From the NCBI GenBank assembly GCA_963695185.1, contig CAVOGH010000002.1, forward strand, positions 125,684-189,683: 64,000 bases of DNA, read 5' to 3'. This document shows, in pieces, positions 38,285-48,119 of this stretch (positions within the stretch are counted from its first letter, which is position 1; each line of letters begins with the position of its first letter). The notes beneath the pieces were generated by a model. That model had not been told where the DNA came from. It ran no database searches and saw nothing but the letters and a program-made list of their open reading frames with translations. Both the position numbers and the translations under genes were made by a program. The stretch comes from an uncultured Gemmatimonadales bacterium. GTDB lineage: Bacteria; Gemmatimonadota; Gemmatimonadetes; Gemmatimonadales; GWC2-71-9.

Positions 38285-40921
38285 CTACCGCGGCGCCACC
38301 CGCTCCCCCTCCGCCACCTCGTCCCGCCGCTGCAGCTCCGACAGCGAGCCGCGAATCCGGTCCGACAGCCGCCGCTCTTCCCGGAGCGCCTGCAGCGTGG
38401 CTTCCGCGTGCTTGGCCTCGACACCCAGTGAGCTGGCCTGCTCCAGGAAGAAATCCACCTGGGCCTTCTGCGCCAGCAGCACCTCCAGCGCCCCCCGCAC
38501 ATCGGCGAGCAGGGTATCGGCCTGGGAGAGCCGCTCCTCCGCCCGGCCGAGCTGCCGGCGCCGTTCCGCCAGCGTCGCCAGCAGCCCTTCGCCATCGTTC
38601 ATCCGTGACAGCAGCGTATCGAGTTCGGCCCGGGTCTGGCTCACCTCCGGCTGCGCCTCCACGATGACGCGGGCGTCGGCCTGGGTGCGCTCGGCCATGG
38701 CGTAGAGCCCCCGGATCTCGGCTTGCAGCGCGGTGATGGCCGACTGCCGGGCCTCCGCCTGTTCCAGGGCCTGGGCCACCTGATGCTCCGCGCCGCGCCA
38801 CTCTGCCAGCCGAGCCTCGAAGGCGCCGAGCCGCTCCTGCACGCCGGTGAGAGCGCTGATTCTCCCGTCCAGTTCCTGTGACAGCTCATCCAGCTCCTCC
38901 AGCCGCTCTCCGGCCCGGCCGAGCGAGCCCTCCAGTTCGCGGCCCCGCTCCGCCAGCGCTTCCGCCGCGGTCGCGGCCTCCTGCCTGAGCGTGGTGGCGC
39001 GGGCGAGGTGCTCGTTCGCGCGGGTGACGGCGTTGGCCCGCTGCTCCACCTCGCGGCCCAGTTCCCGCATCCGTTCACTGAGTGACTCGACCTGCCGAGC
39101 CTGCTCCTCCACCCCGCCCACGCTGGCCCGGATCTCCCCCACGCGCTGTTCCATCTCGCGGAGGTCGGCGTTGAGGCCGACGAGCTGGCTGCCAGCCCGG
39201 CCCACCTCCTCCAGCCGGGGCACGATAGTCCCGAGCTGTTCTTCCATCCCGTGCAGCCGGTCGGCCAGGCCGCGGGCGCCTTCCTCGATGGTGGAGCCGA
39301 GCGCGGCCGACTGATCCAGCCGGCGCTGCACATCCTCCACCAGCGCCCGCCGCGACTCGATGCTGCTGGTCTGACTGGCCACCTGGTCCAGCTCCTGACG
39401 GAGGGCATCCACCGTGGCACGCATCCGGTCCAGCCCGCCCACATCTCCCTTGAGCGCAGTGACGGCCCGCTCGGTCTCGGTGACCCAGCTGCGGGTTCCT
39501 TCCAGCGACCCCTGGGTGCTCTTGAGTTCCTCCCGTGCGGCGCGAAGCTGCTCCAGCGCGTCGGCGATGGCCTCGCCGGTGGCGCCGAGTGCGGCCAGGT
39601 CCCGGACGGTGCGGTCGAGCAGCGGGCGGGAGTCGTCCAGCCGCAGGGTGCGCTGCGCCAACCCCTCGACCGCGCCCTCGAGCCGCTCCATCTCCACGCT
39701 GGCCCCGCGCGCCCGGGCGGCGATCTCGGTCACGTTGGCCATGCTGTTCCCCAGCTCGGCGACCTGGGCCGCCAGGCTCTCGGTGCGAGCCGCGGTCTGG
39801 GAGAGGGCGGCGGTGTCACCCGAGAGCTGCTGCAGGCGGTGTTCGGAATCCGCGAGAGCCCGGCGCAGTTCCGACACCTGCTGGGTGACCCCTGCCACGC
39901 TCCGGTTCTCCAGCGCCAGCCGTTCGACGCTCTGGTCCAATGAAGTGCGCAGGTCGGTCATCGCGCGCTCGGCAGCGGCGTGGCCGCCTTCCATCCGTTC
40001 CAGCCGCTCGGCCAGTTCGTGGCTCCGGTCGGTGAGCGAGTGCTGCACTCCTTCCATGGTGTGCATCTGGCTCCGCAGGTCGGTGACGCTGCGGACCAGC
40101 TCGGCGTGACGTTCGAGGCCGGCATCGGCGCGGATGGAGAGCGCCGCCAACTGCTCCAGCTTTCCGGTGGCGCGATCAATGGCTTCCCGCTGTTGCTCCA
40201 GCAGGGCGACCTTCTGGGCCAGCTGATCGGCGATGGCCTTGGCGCTGGCGAGTTCGCGCCGAGTCTGGGACACCGACTCGGTCACCGGCGCCATGTCCGC
40301 CACCAGCTGCTCCAGCCCGGCGATGCGGTGCCCGCTCTCATCCAGGGTGCGGAGGAGGCGCTGCCAGTCCGCTTCGAACGATTCGATGCGGCCGCCGGCG
40401 GCCTTGTAGCCCGCCAGGGTGGCGTCGTGCTGCTCGCGCAGCCGGGCAAAGCTGCCCTTGAACCCATCGGCCTGGGAGCGGAGGCTCTCCATCTCCCCCT
40501 GGAGCTGGCGGAACGGGCCCTCCAGCGCAGTGACCTCTCCCACGCTCTCCTTGAGCTTGACCGCTCCCGCCAGGGTTTCCATGAGTGAGGTGACTTCGCT
40601 CCGGGCCCGTTCAACGCCGGCGTCGGAATCGGCGAGTCGAGTCTCGAACCGCTCCGCCAGGCCAGTCAGCCGGGCGACTTCCTGCTCGGCGTGAGTGAAT
40701 CGCTCGGCGAGGGCATCCATGCGCGCCAGCTGGCGCTCCAGGCCGGCGACGCGTTCGCCCAGGGTGGAGAGCCGCTGCAGCTGGCCGATGGACCGGTCCG
40801 CGTGCTGGACCAGCTGTCCCAGGTTGTGATGCTGGGTCTCCAGGCGAGTGGCAAGCTGTTGCAGTTCGGCGACATCCGCGTCGGATCCACCCCGACGGAG
40901 GTTCTTGAGAAACTGGGCCAT
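38285..40921 (-). CDS. 878-aa coiled-coil protein without recognisable ATPase or TM domain
   Basis: AGGAG RBS; E/L/A/R/Q-rich heptads end to end; no Walker A, no signal peptide. Confidence 0.85.
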   Translation of the reverse strand: MAQFLKNLRRGGSDADVAELQQLATRLETQHHNLGQLVQHADRSIGQLQRLSTLGERVAGLERQLARMDALAERFTHAEQEVARLTGLAERFETRLADSDAGVERARSEVTSLMETLAGAVKLKESVGEVTALEGPFRQLQGEMESLRSQADGFKGSFARLREQHDATLAGYKAAGGRIESFEADWQRLLRTLDESGHRIAGLEQLVADMAPVTESVSQTRRELASAKAIADQLAQKVALLEQQREAIDRATGKLEQLAALSIRADAGLERHAELVRSVTDLRSQMHTMEGVQHSLTDRSHELAERLERMEGGHAAAERAMTDLRTSLDQSVERLALENRSVAGVTQQVSELRRALADSEHRLQQLSGDTAALSQTAARTESLAAQVAELGNSMANVTEIAARARGASVEMERLEGAVEGLAQRTLRLDDSRPLLDRTVRDLAALGATGEAIADALEQLRAAREELKSTQGSLEGTRSWVTETERAVTALKGDVGGLDRMRATVDALRQELDQVASQTSSIESRRALVEDVQRRLDQSAALGSTIEEGARGLADRLHGMEEQLGTIVPRLEEVGRAGSQLVGLNADLREMEQRVGEIRASVGGVEEQARQVESLSERMRELGREVEQRANAVTRANEHLARATTLRQEAATAAEALAERGRELEGSLGRAGERLEELDELSQELDGRISALTGVQERLGAFEARLAEWRGAEHQVAQALEQAEARQSAITALQAEIRGLYAMAERTQADARVIVEAQPEVSQTRAELDTLLSRMNDGEGLLATLAERRRQLGRAEERLSQADTLLADVRGALEVLLAQKAQVDFFLEQASSLGVEAKHAEATLQALREERRLSDRIRGSLSELQRRDEVAEGERVAPR

Positions 40922-40997
40922 GGCACGGCTCCTGACTGGGCGGCGGACGATCGGGAGAGTTGTGGCTCACCATGGTAGGTAGACCGCCCGAACCGGG

Positions 40998-41049
40998 CCG
41001 GTGTCGCAGGTCACACCAGCGATAGGGGCACCGGTGCGACAGGTGACAC
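40998..41049. promoter_or_regulatory. 19-bp imperfect direct repeat upstream of the coiled-coil gene
   Basis: CCGGTGTCGCAGGTCACAC (40998-41016) and CCGGTGCGACAGGTGACAC (41031-41049), 15/19 identical, 33-bp period. Confidence 0.5.
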
Positions 41050-41089
41050 TGTATAGAGAAGCGACTGTTGTGGCGAGATTGCAGCAGCG

Positions 41090-41229
41090 GTCCGACGGGG
41101 GAGATGGGCGGACGGTCAGACGGGCGGACGGGCCGACGGTTGTGCGGCGTCGAAGCGAACCCGCATTGCCGCGGCGAGTTCGCCCCTCCGCCCGTTCGTC
41201 ACTCGACGACTCGACGACTCGACGACTCG
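41090..41229. repeat. Two octamer arrays (GGGCGGAC-like and GACTCGAC)
   Basis: GGGCGGAC GGTCAGAC GGGCGGAC GGGCCGAC near 41106-41137; CACTCGAC GACTCGAC GACTCGAC GACTCG at 41200-41229. Confidence 0.75.
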
Positions 41230-41321
41230 CGAACGTCAGAGGGTCGCCGAGGCACGCCGGCAGGGTCAATACCCGTAGTTGCTGTGCCTTGAACTCCGAG
41301 CGCGAGCCGCCGTGTCGCCGC

Positions 41322-43038
41322 TCAGAATCCTCCGCCGCCGCCCCCGCCGCCACCGCCGCCGGACGAGCCGCCACCGCTGAAGCCGGAGCCGCTCGAGCTT
41401 CTGGGTGAGGAGGTCATGGTGCTGGCGGCACTGCTCGACAGCTCCGACAGCCGGCCGGTGAAGTTGCTGGTGCTGAAGCCCATCGGGTCGCTGCCCACGT
41501 ACCAGCTGGGCGGCTCACGGTAGATGTTCTCGAAGGCGCGGGCCCATTTCTTTTCCACGCCGAGGGCCATGGCGTAGGGGAGGAACCGCTCGAACAGCTC
41601 GGGCGTCTGCTTGATCCGCTCGAATCGTTCTCCCTCCACCCTCGACATGAACTCGGCGAACCCGCGCACCTTTTCCAGGGCGCGCACGCCCTGCACGGTG
41701 CGGGCCGGCATGACCTGGGCGAAGAGCACCATGACCAGGCCGCCCGCGATCCCACCGAGTACGAAGGGCAGCGGGGTGAGGCCGAAGCGGGCCCCGGCGA
41801 TGATGCCGAGGATGAAGAAGAGGAAGCCCAGCACCACACCGCCCACGATCCAGCGCACCTTCACGTGGTCGGGCCGGGAGCGGTAGAGCTTCCGCTCGAT
41901 GAGCCGGTCGTAGACCGCGCTCCGGATCCCGCCCAGGTGGGTGTAGAACTCCTCGTCCAGGTCCGACAGCTTCACTTCGCGCTTGCCGCTCTCGAAGATG
42001 CCCGTCCAGCACCCGCCGCTCGTGGGGCTCCAGCGCCGGGGCGCCGGCCGCCGGGTCGAGCCGGTGGAAGACGTACTCCTTGTTCTTGAAGAGGAAGAGG
42101 ATCTTGGTCTCCCGCTCCTCGATCTTGAGGTGGCCCTGCACACCCAGGTCAATCATGGTGGCGGTGATGTCCCGCATGTCGACCTTCTCGTCGATCAGCG
42201 TGCCCGCCTCGGCGGGGGTCAGCGCCTTGGGCGGCTCGTACTGCACCGTGACCGGCAGCTCCTCGGGGTCCTTCCCCCTCCGGCGCCAGATGTTGAACAT
42301 CGCGAGGAAGACGACGAAGGGCAGGCCAAGTGGCCAGTTGGCGGAAAGGAAAGCCGAGTGTGCGCTCCGCCTTGGTGGGCTCCGCGACGACGCCCTTGTT
42401 CCAGCCCACCACCGCGGTGACGCCCTCGTGGAACTCGAGCCGGCGCGGCATGGTCACCCGGATGATGTTGCCACGGGTCTCGACCTTCGCCTCCTGGGCG
42501 GTGGAGCCGTAGACGCCGTTGAAGGCGATGGCACGGATGCCCGCCGCCTGCTCCGGCAGGTGGATCTCGGCCCAGGCAGAGTCGATCGGGAACATCCCAC
42601 TCGTCGCCGGTGATGTTCCAGTACAGCTCGTCGTGATCCTCGAAGAACCGCAGGCCGTTCTTCGCCCGGTAGTGGAGCTGCACGGTGCGGGTGGCGTTCT
42701 CCGCGCCCGGCACCCAGACCTTGTACTTCATGTAGTGGCGTTCGCGGGAGGCTCCGACCTTGAGCGGCGGCACCCTCGGGACCGCCGGTGGCGCCGAGAA
42801 AGTCGAGCCGAAGGGTCCAGTTGAAGCCCTGCGGCGTGCGGTACTCCACCGGGATGGTGCGGTAGATGCCGTTCCAGGAGCCGGTGAACTGGGCGGTGAT
42901 GGTCTCGGTGACGTCCAGGCTGCCGTCCCGATTGACGACGATCGTCGCTTCGAAGCGCCGGATGGCCAGGGTGCGCTGCGCCTCAGACCGGCGCGGCGGA
43001 CAGGAGCAGCAGGACCAGAACAGGGCCAGGCGCCTCAT
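41322..43038 (-). CDS. DUF2207 family membrane protein; multiple frameshifts
   Basis: I.VN.DGSL.VTETI, GIYR.IP, DELYWNITG..W, YEPP..LTPAEAG.L.D, FE..LPYAMALGV...WA, Gly/Ser-rich SSGGGGGGGGGGGF tail, spread over several frames. Confidence 0.85.
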
Positions 43039-43592
43039 CGGGCGTCCTCCAGGTTGACACCGGGATTGAGCCGCTCGCCGGCATCCTCGATGCCGAAGAA
43101 CTCCAGTCGCCGGAAGCCGAAGGGGCCGGCGACGAGGTTGAACGGGAACTGCTCGATCCGGGTGTTGAGGTCCCGCACGACGGCGTTGTAGTAGCGCCGG
43201 GCGTCCTGGATGTGATCCTCGATCTCGGTGAGGCTGCGCTGGAGCTGGAGGTAGCTCTCGCCCGCCTTCAGGTCGGGATAGGCCTCGGCCAGGGCGAGGA
43301 GCTGGCGTACCGAGTCGGCCAGGACCCGCTCGGCTTCTCCCGCGGCGCGGGGCCCGCCGGCCTGCATGGCCCGACCCCGGGCCTCGACCACCGACTCGAG
43401 AGTGCCCTTCTCGTAGCCGGCGTGTCCCTTGACCGTTGCCACGAGGGAGGGAACGAGGTCGTGCCGGCGCTTGAGCTGGACGTCGATGTCGCTCCAGGCG
43501 TTGGCGGCGAGGAGCCTGAGGCGGGTGAGGCCGTTGTAGGCGTAGATGACGAACGCCGCGAGCGCGGCCAGGCCGAGCAGCCCAAGACCCAT
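43035..43592 (-). CDS. lemA: LemA family protein
   Basis: N-terminal TM, YNGL, AWSDIDVQLKRRHDLVP, AEAYPDLKA, ARRYYN..V..LN..I..FP. Confidence 0.95.
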   Translation of the reverse strand: MGLGLLGLAALAAFVIYAYNGLTRLRLLAANAWSDIDVQLKRRHDLVPSLVATVKGHAGYEKGTLESVVEARGRAMQAGGPRAAGEAERVLADSVRQLLALAEAYPDLKAGESYLQLQRSLTEIEDHIQDARRYYNAVVRDLNTRIEQFPFNLVAGPFGFRRLEFFGIEDAGERLNPGVNLEDAR

Positions 43593-43660
43593 GCTGGAGC
43601 TCCGAGCGGACGGGGAGGCCGGAAAGATAGTCGGCGGCTCGGTGCGCCGACGACCGGGAC

Positions 43661-43745
43661 GCGGAGGGAGAGGGTCTCCAGGCGCGGGTGCCCGGGATAG
43701 CTGGTTTGTCTCGCGCCTACGCGCCTTCCGACCCCCTCCCTCCGC
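43661..43745. repeat. Dispersed palindromic (REP/MITE-like) element, copy 1
   Basis: 16-bp terminal inverted repeat GCGGAGGGAGAGGGTC...GACCCCCTCCCTCCGC; homologous to 63917-64000 (inverted) and 46367-46397 (partial). Confidence 0.8.
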
Positions 43746-43854
43746 GGCGGCCCTCCCTCAGAGCGCGAGCGAGGGCTGTCCCTCCCGATCCGGCCCCGGT
43801 GAAGCCTGCGGCCCCTGGCCACCGTAGTGTCGCGACCCCTACCTTCTGGCGCCC

Positions 43855-46299
43855 ATGTCCCAGCTCCTGCTCGACCTGCGGCTGGTGTTGCGTTCGCTGG
43901 CCCGCCGACCCGGGTTCTTCGCCGTGGTGGTCCTGACCCTGGCGCTCGGCATCGGCGCCAACACGGCCGTGTTCAGCGTGATCAACGCAGTGCTCCGCAA
44001 GCCGCTGCCCTACCGCGCGCCCGAGGAGCTGACGCTGATCTGGAGCCGGTGGACCAACTTCGACAAGACCTGGCTCTCGGATGCGGAGTTCCTCGACTAC
44101 GAGGGGCTCAGCCGGCTGTTCCAGAGCGCAGCCGCCTGGTCCGAGAACGGCGAGGTAGCCCTGACCGGCGGCGAAGGCGCCGAGAGCGTGGGCGCGATCG
44201 GGATGACGGCCAACATGCTGGATGTGGTCGGCATGGCGCCCGCGGCCGGACGCAGCTTCACCCCGGAAGAGGATCTGCCCAACGCCCCTCCCGTCGTCAT
44301 GCTGGGCTACGATCTCTGGCAGCGGCGCTACGGCGGGAATCCGGCGATGGTCGGCCGCACCATCCTGGTGGATGGCGCACCGGCCCGTGTGGTCGGAGTC
44401 GTGCCCCGCGCGTTTCGCTCCCCACTGGAGTTCCAGAGCCGCACCCCGGTCCAGCTGATTCAGCCGCTCGGCCTTGACCGGAGTGCCCCTAACCGAGGCA
44501 ACCACGGCATCTACGGTATCGCCCGGATGCGGCCCGGGGTGACGGCGGCGGCGGCGAGCGCGGAGCTCGCGGCGCTGACCCAGCGCTGGACCGCCGAGGG
44601 GCTGTATCCGGAATCGATGCAGTTCGGCGCCTTCGCGGTGTCGCTGGTGGAGGAGGTGAGCGGGCCGGTGCGCCTGGCGCTGACGGTGCTCGCCGCCGCG
44701 GTCATCCTGCTGCTGCTGCTCACCACCGCCAACGTGGCCAACCTGATCCTGGTCCGGGCCGACAGCCGGGCGCGGGAAATGGCGGTGCGGGCGGCGCTGG
44801 GGGCTGGCCGGCGGCAGCTGATCAGGCTGGCGCTCACTGAGAGCCTGCTGCTCTCCTTCATCGGCGCCCTGGCGGGGCTGGTGTTCGCGTGGGCGGGCGT
44901 GCGGCTGCTGGTCGCCCGGGCACCGACCACGATTCCCCGGCTCGCCGAGGTGTCGGTGAACCTGGAAATGCTGGGGTTCACCCTGGTACTGGCGATCGTG
45001 ACCGGCGTCGTGTTTGGGCTCCTGCCGGCGCTTTCGCTCTCTGACATTCCGCTCTCCCAGCGGCTCCGCGACGGCGGCCGGGGACAGAGCGAAGGCCCCG
45101 GGGCCTGGCGGGGACGGAGCGCGCTGGTGGTAGCGGAGATGGCGCTGGCGGTGCTGCTGGTCATCGGCGCCGGCCTGACCATCCGGAGCTTCATCAACCT
45201 GCTGGACATCGATCCCGGCTTCGACCCGAGCAACACCCTGACCCTCCGGCTATCCCTGCCCCAGAGCCAGTACCCGGACGACCCGAGCGTCGTCACGTTC
45301 TACCAGCAGCTGGGCGACGAGGTGCGGCGGTTGCCGGGGGTGACGGCGGCGGGGTTCGTACGGGTGCTGCCGCTGGCCGATGACATCGGAGACTGGGGCA
45401 CGGAGATCGAGGGGAAGCCGGTGGCGCCCGGAGAAACCGGCCGCTCGGCCGACTGGCAGGTGGTGACGCCGGGATACTTCGAGGCGATGAAGGTCCGGCT
45501 GGTCAGCGGCCGGCTGCTCGATGGCCGCGACACCCCCGACGGAGTACCGGTGATCGCCATCAACGAAACCCTGGCAAAGGAGTACTTCCCCGGGGAGAAC
45601 CCGCTGGGCCAGCGCATCCGGATGGGTGGCCCGGACCGGCCGTGGCGGGCCATCGTCGGGGTCATGGGCGACGTGCACCACCAGAGCCTCACTATGCCGG
45701 TCAAGCGCAAATGGTTCGTGCCGCACAGCCAGTGGGCCAAGTCCACCGGCAACCCCCGGCGGGCGATGACCCTGGTGGCGCGGACCACCGGCGACCCGCG
45801 GGCCCTGCTCGAGCCGGTGGCGGCACTGGTGCACGAGCGGAACCCCGACCTGGCCATCAGCAAGGTGGCCACCATGGAAGAGGTGCTGGCCGCTGCCACC
45901 CGGGAACAGCGGTTCACCATGGCCCTGATGAGTGGCTTCGCCGCGCTGGCGCTGGTGCTGGCAGCGGTGGGCATCTACGGGGTGATCTCCTACTCGGTGA
46001 GCCAGCGCACCCGCGAGATCGGGATCCGGCTGGCGCTCGGCGCCCAGACCGGCGCGGTCCGGGCGCTGGTGCTGCGGCAGGGCCTGGCGCCGGCGCTGGT
46101 GGGCATCGGGAGTGGGGTGCTGCTGGCACTGCTGCTCAGCCGGTTCATCCGGAACCTGCTCTACGGGGTCGCCCCGGTCGATGGACTCACCTTCGTGGCG
46201 ATCCCGGTGCTGCTGCTCCTGGTGGCGACGGCGGCGGTGTTCCTGCCTGCCCTCAGGGCGTCCCGGGTGGAGCCGGTGGAGGCCCTCAGGGGGGAGTAG
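43855..46299 (+). CDS. Duplicated orphan ABC permease (ADOP, MacB/FtsX-like)
   Basis: LALGIGANTAVFS, ANVANL, REMAVRAALGA, QRTREIGIRLALGA, RASRVEP.EALR.E. Confidence 0.93.
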   Translation: MSQLLLDLRLVLRSLARRPGFFAVVVLTLALGIGANTAVFSVINAVLRKPLPYRAPEELTLIWSRWTNFDKTWLSDAEFLDYEGLSRLFQSAAAWSENGEVALTGGEGAESVGAIGMTANMLDVVGMAPAAGRSFTPEEDLPNAPPVVMLGYDLWQRRYGGNPAMVGRTILVDGAPARVVGVVPRAFRSPLEFQSRTPVQLIQPLGLDRSAPNRGNHGIYGIARMRPGVTAAAASAELAALTQRWTAEGLYPESMQFGAFAVSLVEEVSGPVRLALTVLAAAVILLLLLTTANVANLILVRADSRAREMAVRAALGAGRRQLIRLALTESLLLSFIGALAGLVFAWAGVRLLVARAPTTIPRLAEVSVNLEMLGFTLVLAIVTGVVFGLLPALSLSDIPLSQRLRDGGRGQSEGPGAWRGRSALVVAEMALAVLLVIGAGLTIRSFINLLDIDPGFDPSNTLTLRLSLPQSQYPDDPSVVTFYQQLGDEVRRLPGVTAAGFVRVLPLADDIGDWGTEIEGKPVAPGETGRSADWQVVTPGYFEAMKVRLVSGRLLDGRDTPDGVPVIAINETLAKEYFPGENPLGQRIRMGGPDRPWRAIVGVMGDVHHQSLTMPVKRKWFVPHSQWAKSTGNPRRAMTLVARTTGDPRALLEPVAALVHERNPDLAISKVATMEEVLAAATREQRFTMALMSGFAALALVLAAVGIYGVISYSVSQRTREIGIRLALGAQTGAVRALVLRQGLAPALVGIGSGVLLALLLSRFIRNLLYGVAPVDGLTFVAIPVLLLLVATAAVFLPALRASRVEPVEALRGE

Positions 46300-46670
46300 C
46301 GGCCGAAGCGATCTGCTTTCGCGCCGGAGAGCTTCAGAAAGGCCACGGTGGTCGGTCGGGCCGCCACGGAGGGAGGGGGTCTCCAGGCGCTGGAGGCCAC
46401 GGTGGGTGGTCGGGCCGCCGGCAACGGCGTAGACCACGATCCCCGTGATCGTGAAGGCCCATGCCGTGACGTTGGGCCAGCCCACGTAGACCGACATCTG
46501 CAGCCACATCGGGAGCGACCGGCGGGCTCCGCGCCGCTCACCCACTGCCGCCGGACTCACACTGCCGGCTCTGGGGCGCGGCGTCAGCGGCCTCGGCGGA
46601 GATGGGTGTCTCGGATTGGTCAGCTTGGTGCGGACGGCGGAAGAACAGGAGGAGGGGGCGGGAGTTCGCC

Positions 46671-47972
46671 TCAGGGCAGCAGGTCGAACCCTATGAGCGG
46701 GAGCTCGCCATGCCCCGAGAAGGTCCCCCCGTAGCCGACCACCCAGAGCCGGTTGGCTACCGTGTCGACAGCCGCCGCCTGCACGGCCCCATCGGCCGCG
46801 GTACAGTTCCCGGGACAGGCCAGCCTGGCCTGAAGCTGGAGCGTGAAGCGGTCGTAGACGAGCACGACGGGCACCCCGGGAATACCAGGACCGCGAGCCA
46901 GAACGAAGAGGGACGCGTTCCGGGGATCGAGAGTGATGTACCCGCCACGGAGGCCGGCGGGGAGCGCGATAGCCGTGATCGGGGTCCCGTCCAGGGCCGT
47001 GAAAAGCCGAAGGCTGTCCTCCCCCCCTTTCCTAGTCGCCACATAGAGGGTGTCCCCACCCGGGGAGAACGCCGCCCCTTCCGCCCTGACCACCCCCGGC
47101 AGCACGAAGGCGCGCATCCCTGTCAGCATGTCGATGACGGGAATCTGCGCCCCGACGTCGTCCACCCACGCGACGGTTGCCCGGTCGCCGCGGGGCGAGA
47201 GGATGAGTCGCTGGGCGTTGTTGACGTACTCGATGAACTGGGCACCGCTGCTCGCGTTCAGCGCGCTGACGTCATTGGTGCTCCAGCCCATCCAGGTGGA
47301 ATCGGTGAGCTGGGCGATCGCGTCGCCCCGGATCGCGGTGGGCGTCGAATCGAGGCGCGTGGGCGTGGGAAACAGGGACCAGAGGCCCCGCCTGCCGGTG
47401 CTGTCGATCAGGACGAAGCGATTCGGCATGGGGCCGACCGCGATCCCGCCGTATGACATGGGCCCCACCCCACTGAACTCCTCGATCTGGCCTGTTACCG
47501 GGTCAAGCACCGCCACGTGGTACGGCGGGGTGCCTTGGGCGATGAAGCGTGGGCGAGCCCCGGGAAGGACCGACATGTCGTAGCTGAAGTCGCCCGGAAT
47601 GGTCGTCGCCAGGCCTACCCCGTAGACGCTCACCACCCCAACCGTGTCAGCGCGCGCGCCGCTCCGGGCGAGCAGACTGACGCCGCCCGTCTGGAGCGGC
47701 GGCAGGGTGACCTGGAGGGTGACAGCATCGAGCCGGGTAGCCGCAAGAGTGTCGACGCCGATCGTGAAGACCGGCAAGGTGGTCAGCGCGGCAAATGAGG
47801 CCGAGCGGATGTCCACCGACCCGCCGCTCCATTGCTGAGTGGTCAGCAGTTGATAGGCGATCGGCTCACCCGGAGAGCCCGATGGATCGGCGCATGCGGT
47901 AAGCAGCATGAGCGCACGGGCACTCCAATACCGCAGCGTTGACACGATGCTACCTGGGACCATCCTGCCCAT
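46671..47972 (-). CDS. Putative lipoprotein with Ig-like and beta-propeller regions
   Basis: AGGGAG before ATG 47972, lipobox-like LLTAC, propeller-type motifs LSPRGDR and AFSPGGDTLYVA. Confidence 0.65.
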   Translation of the reverse strand: MGRMVPGSIVSTLRYWSARALMLLTACADPSGSPGEPIAYQLLTTQQWSGGSVDIRSASFAALTTLPVFTIGVDTLAATRLDAVTLQVTLPPLQTGGVSLLARSGARADTVGVVSVYGVGLATTIPGDFSYDMSVLPGARPRFIAQGTPPYHVAVLDPVTGQIEEFSGVGPMSYGGIAVGPMPNRFVLIDSTGRRGLWSLFPTPTRLDSTPTAIRGDAIAQLTDSTWMGWSTNDVSALNASSGAQFIEYVNNAQRLILSPRGDRATVAWVDDVGAQIPVIDMLTGMRAFVLPGVVRAEGAAFSPGGDTLYVATRKGGEDSLRLFTALDGTPITAIALPAGLRGGYITLDPRNASLFVLARGPGIPGVPVVLVYDRFTLQLQARLACPGNCTAADGAVQAAAVDTVANRLWVVGYGGTFSGHGELPLIGFDLLP

Positions 47973-48119
47973 CTTGCGCTCCCTCATCACGCTTGGGCCG
48001 CCCCTGCTCAGTCCCGACTCCCCGAAGGTCGCGACGGTGAAGTCCACCCGCAAGCGGTGGTCCTCCTCACCCGCCAGACTCTCATCTGGTCCCCCCTCCC
48101 CTTATACTGTCTGGGTGGG

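Noticed and set aside
38285-40921. SMC protein, chemoreceptor or phage tape measure
   Set aside because: No Walker motifs, no MCP signature or TM helices, no phage genes nearby
40921-40935. Sigma54-like TGGCACGGCTCCTGA on the plus strand
   Set aside because: The -12 element lacks GC, it overlaps the RBS of the minus-strand gene, and no plus-strand gene follows
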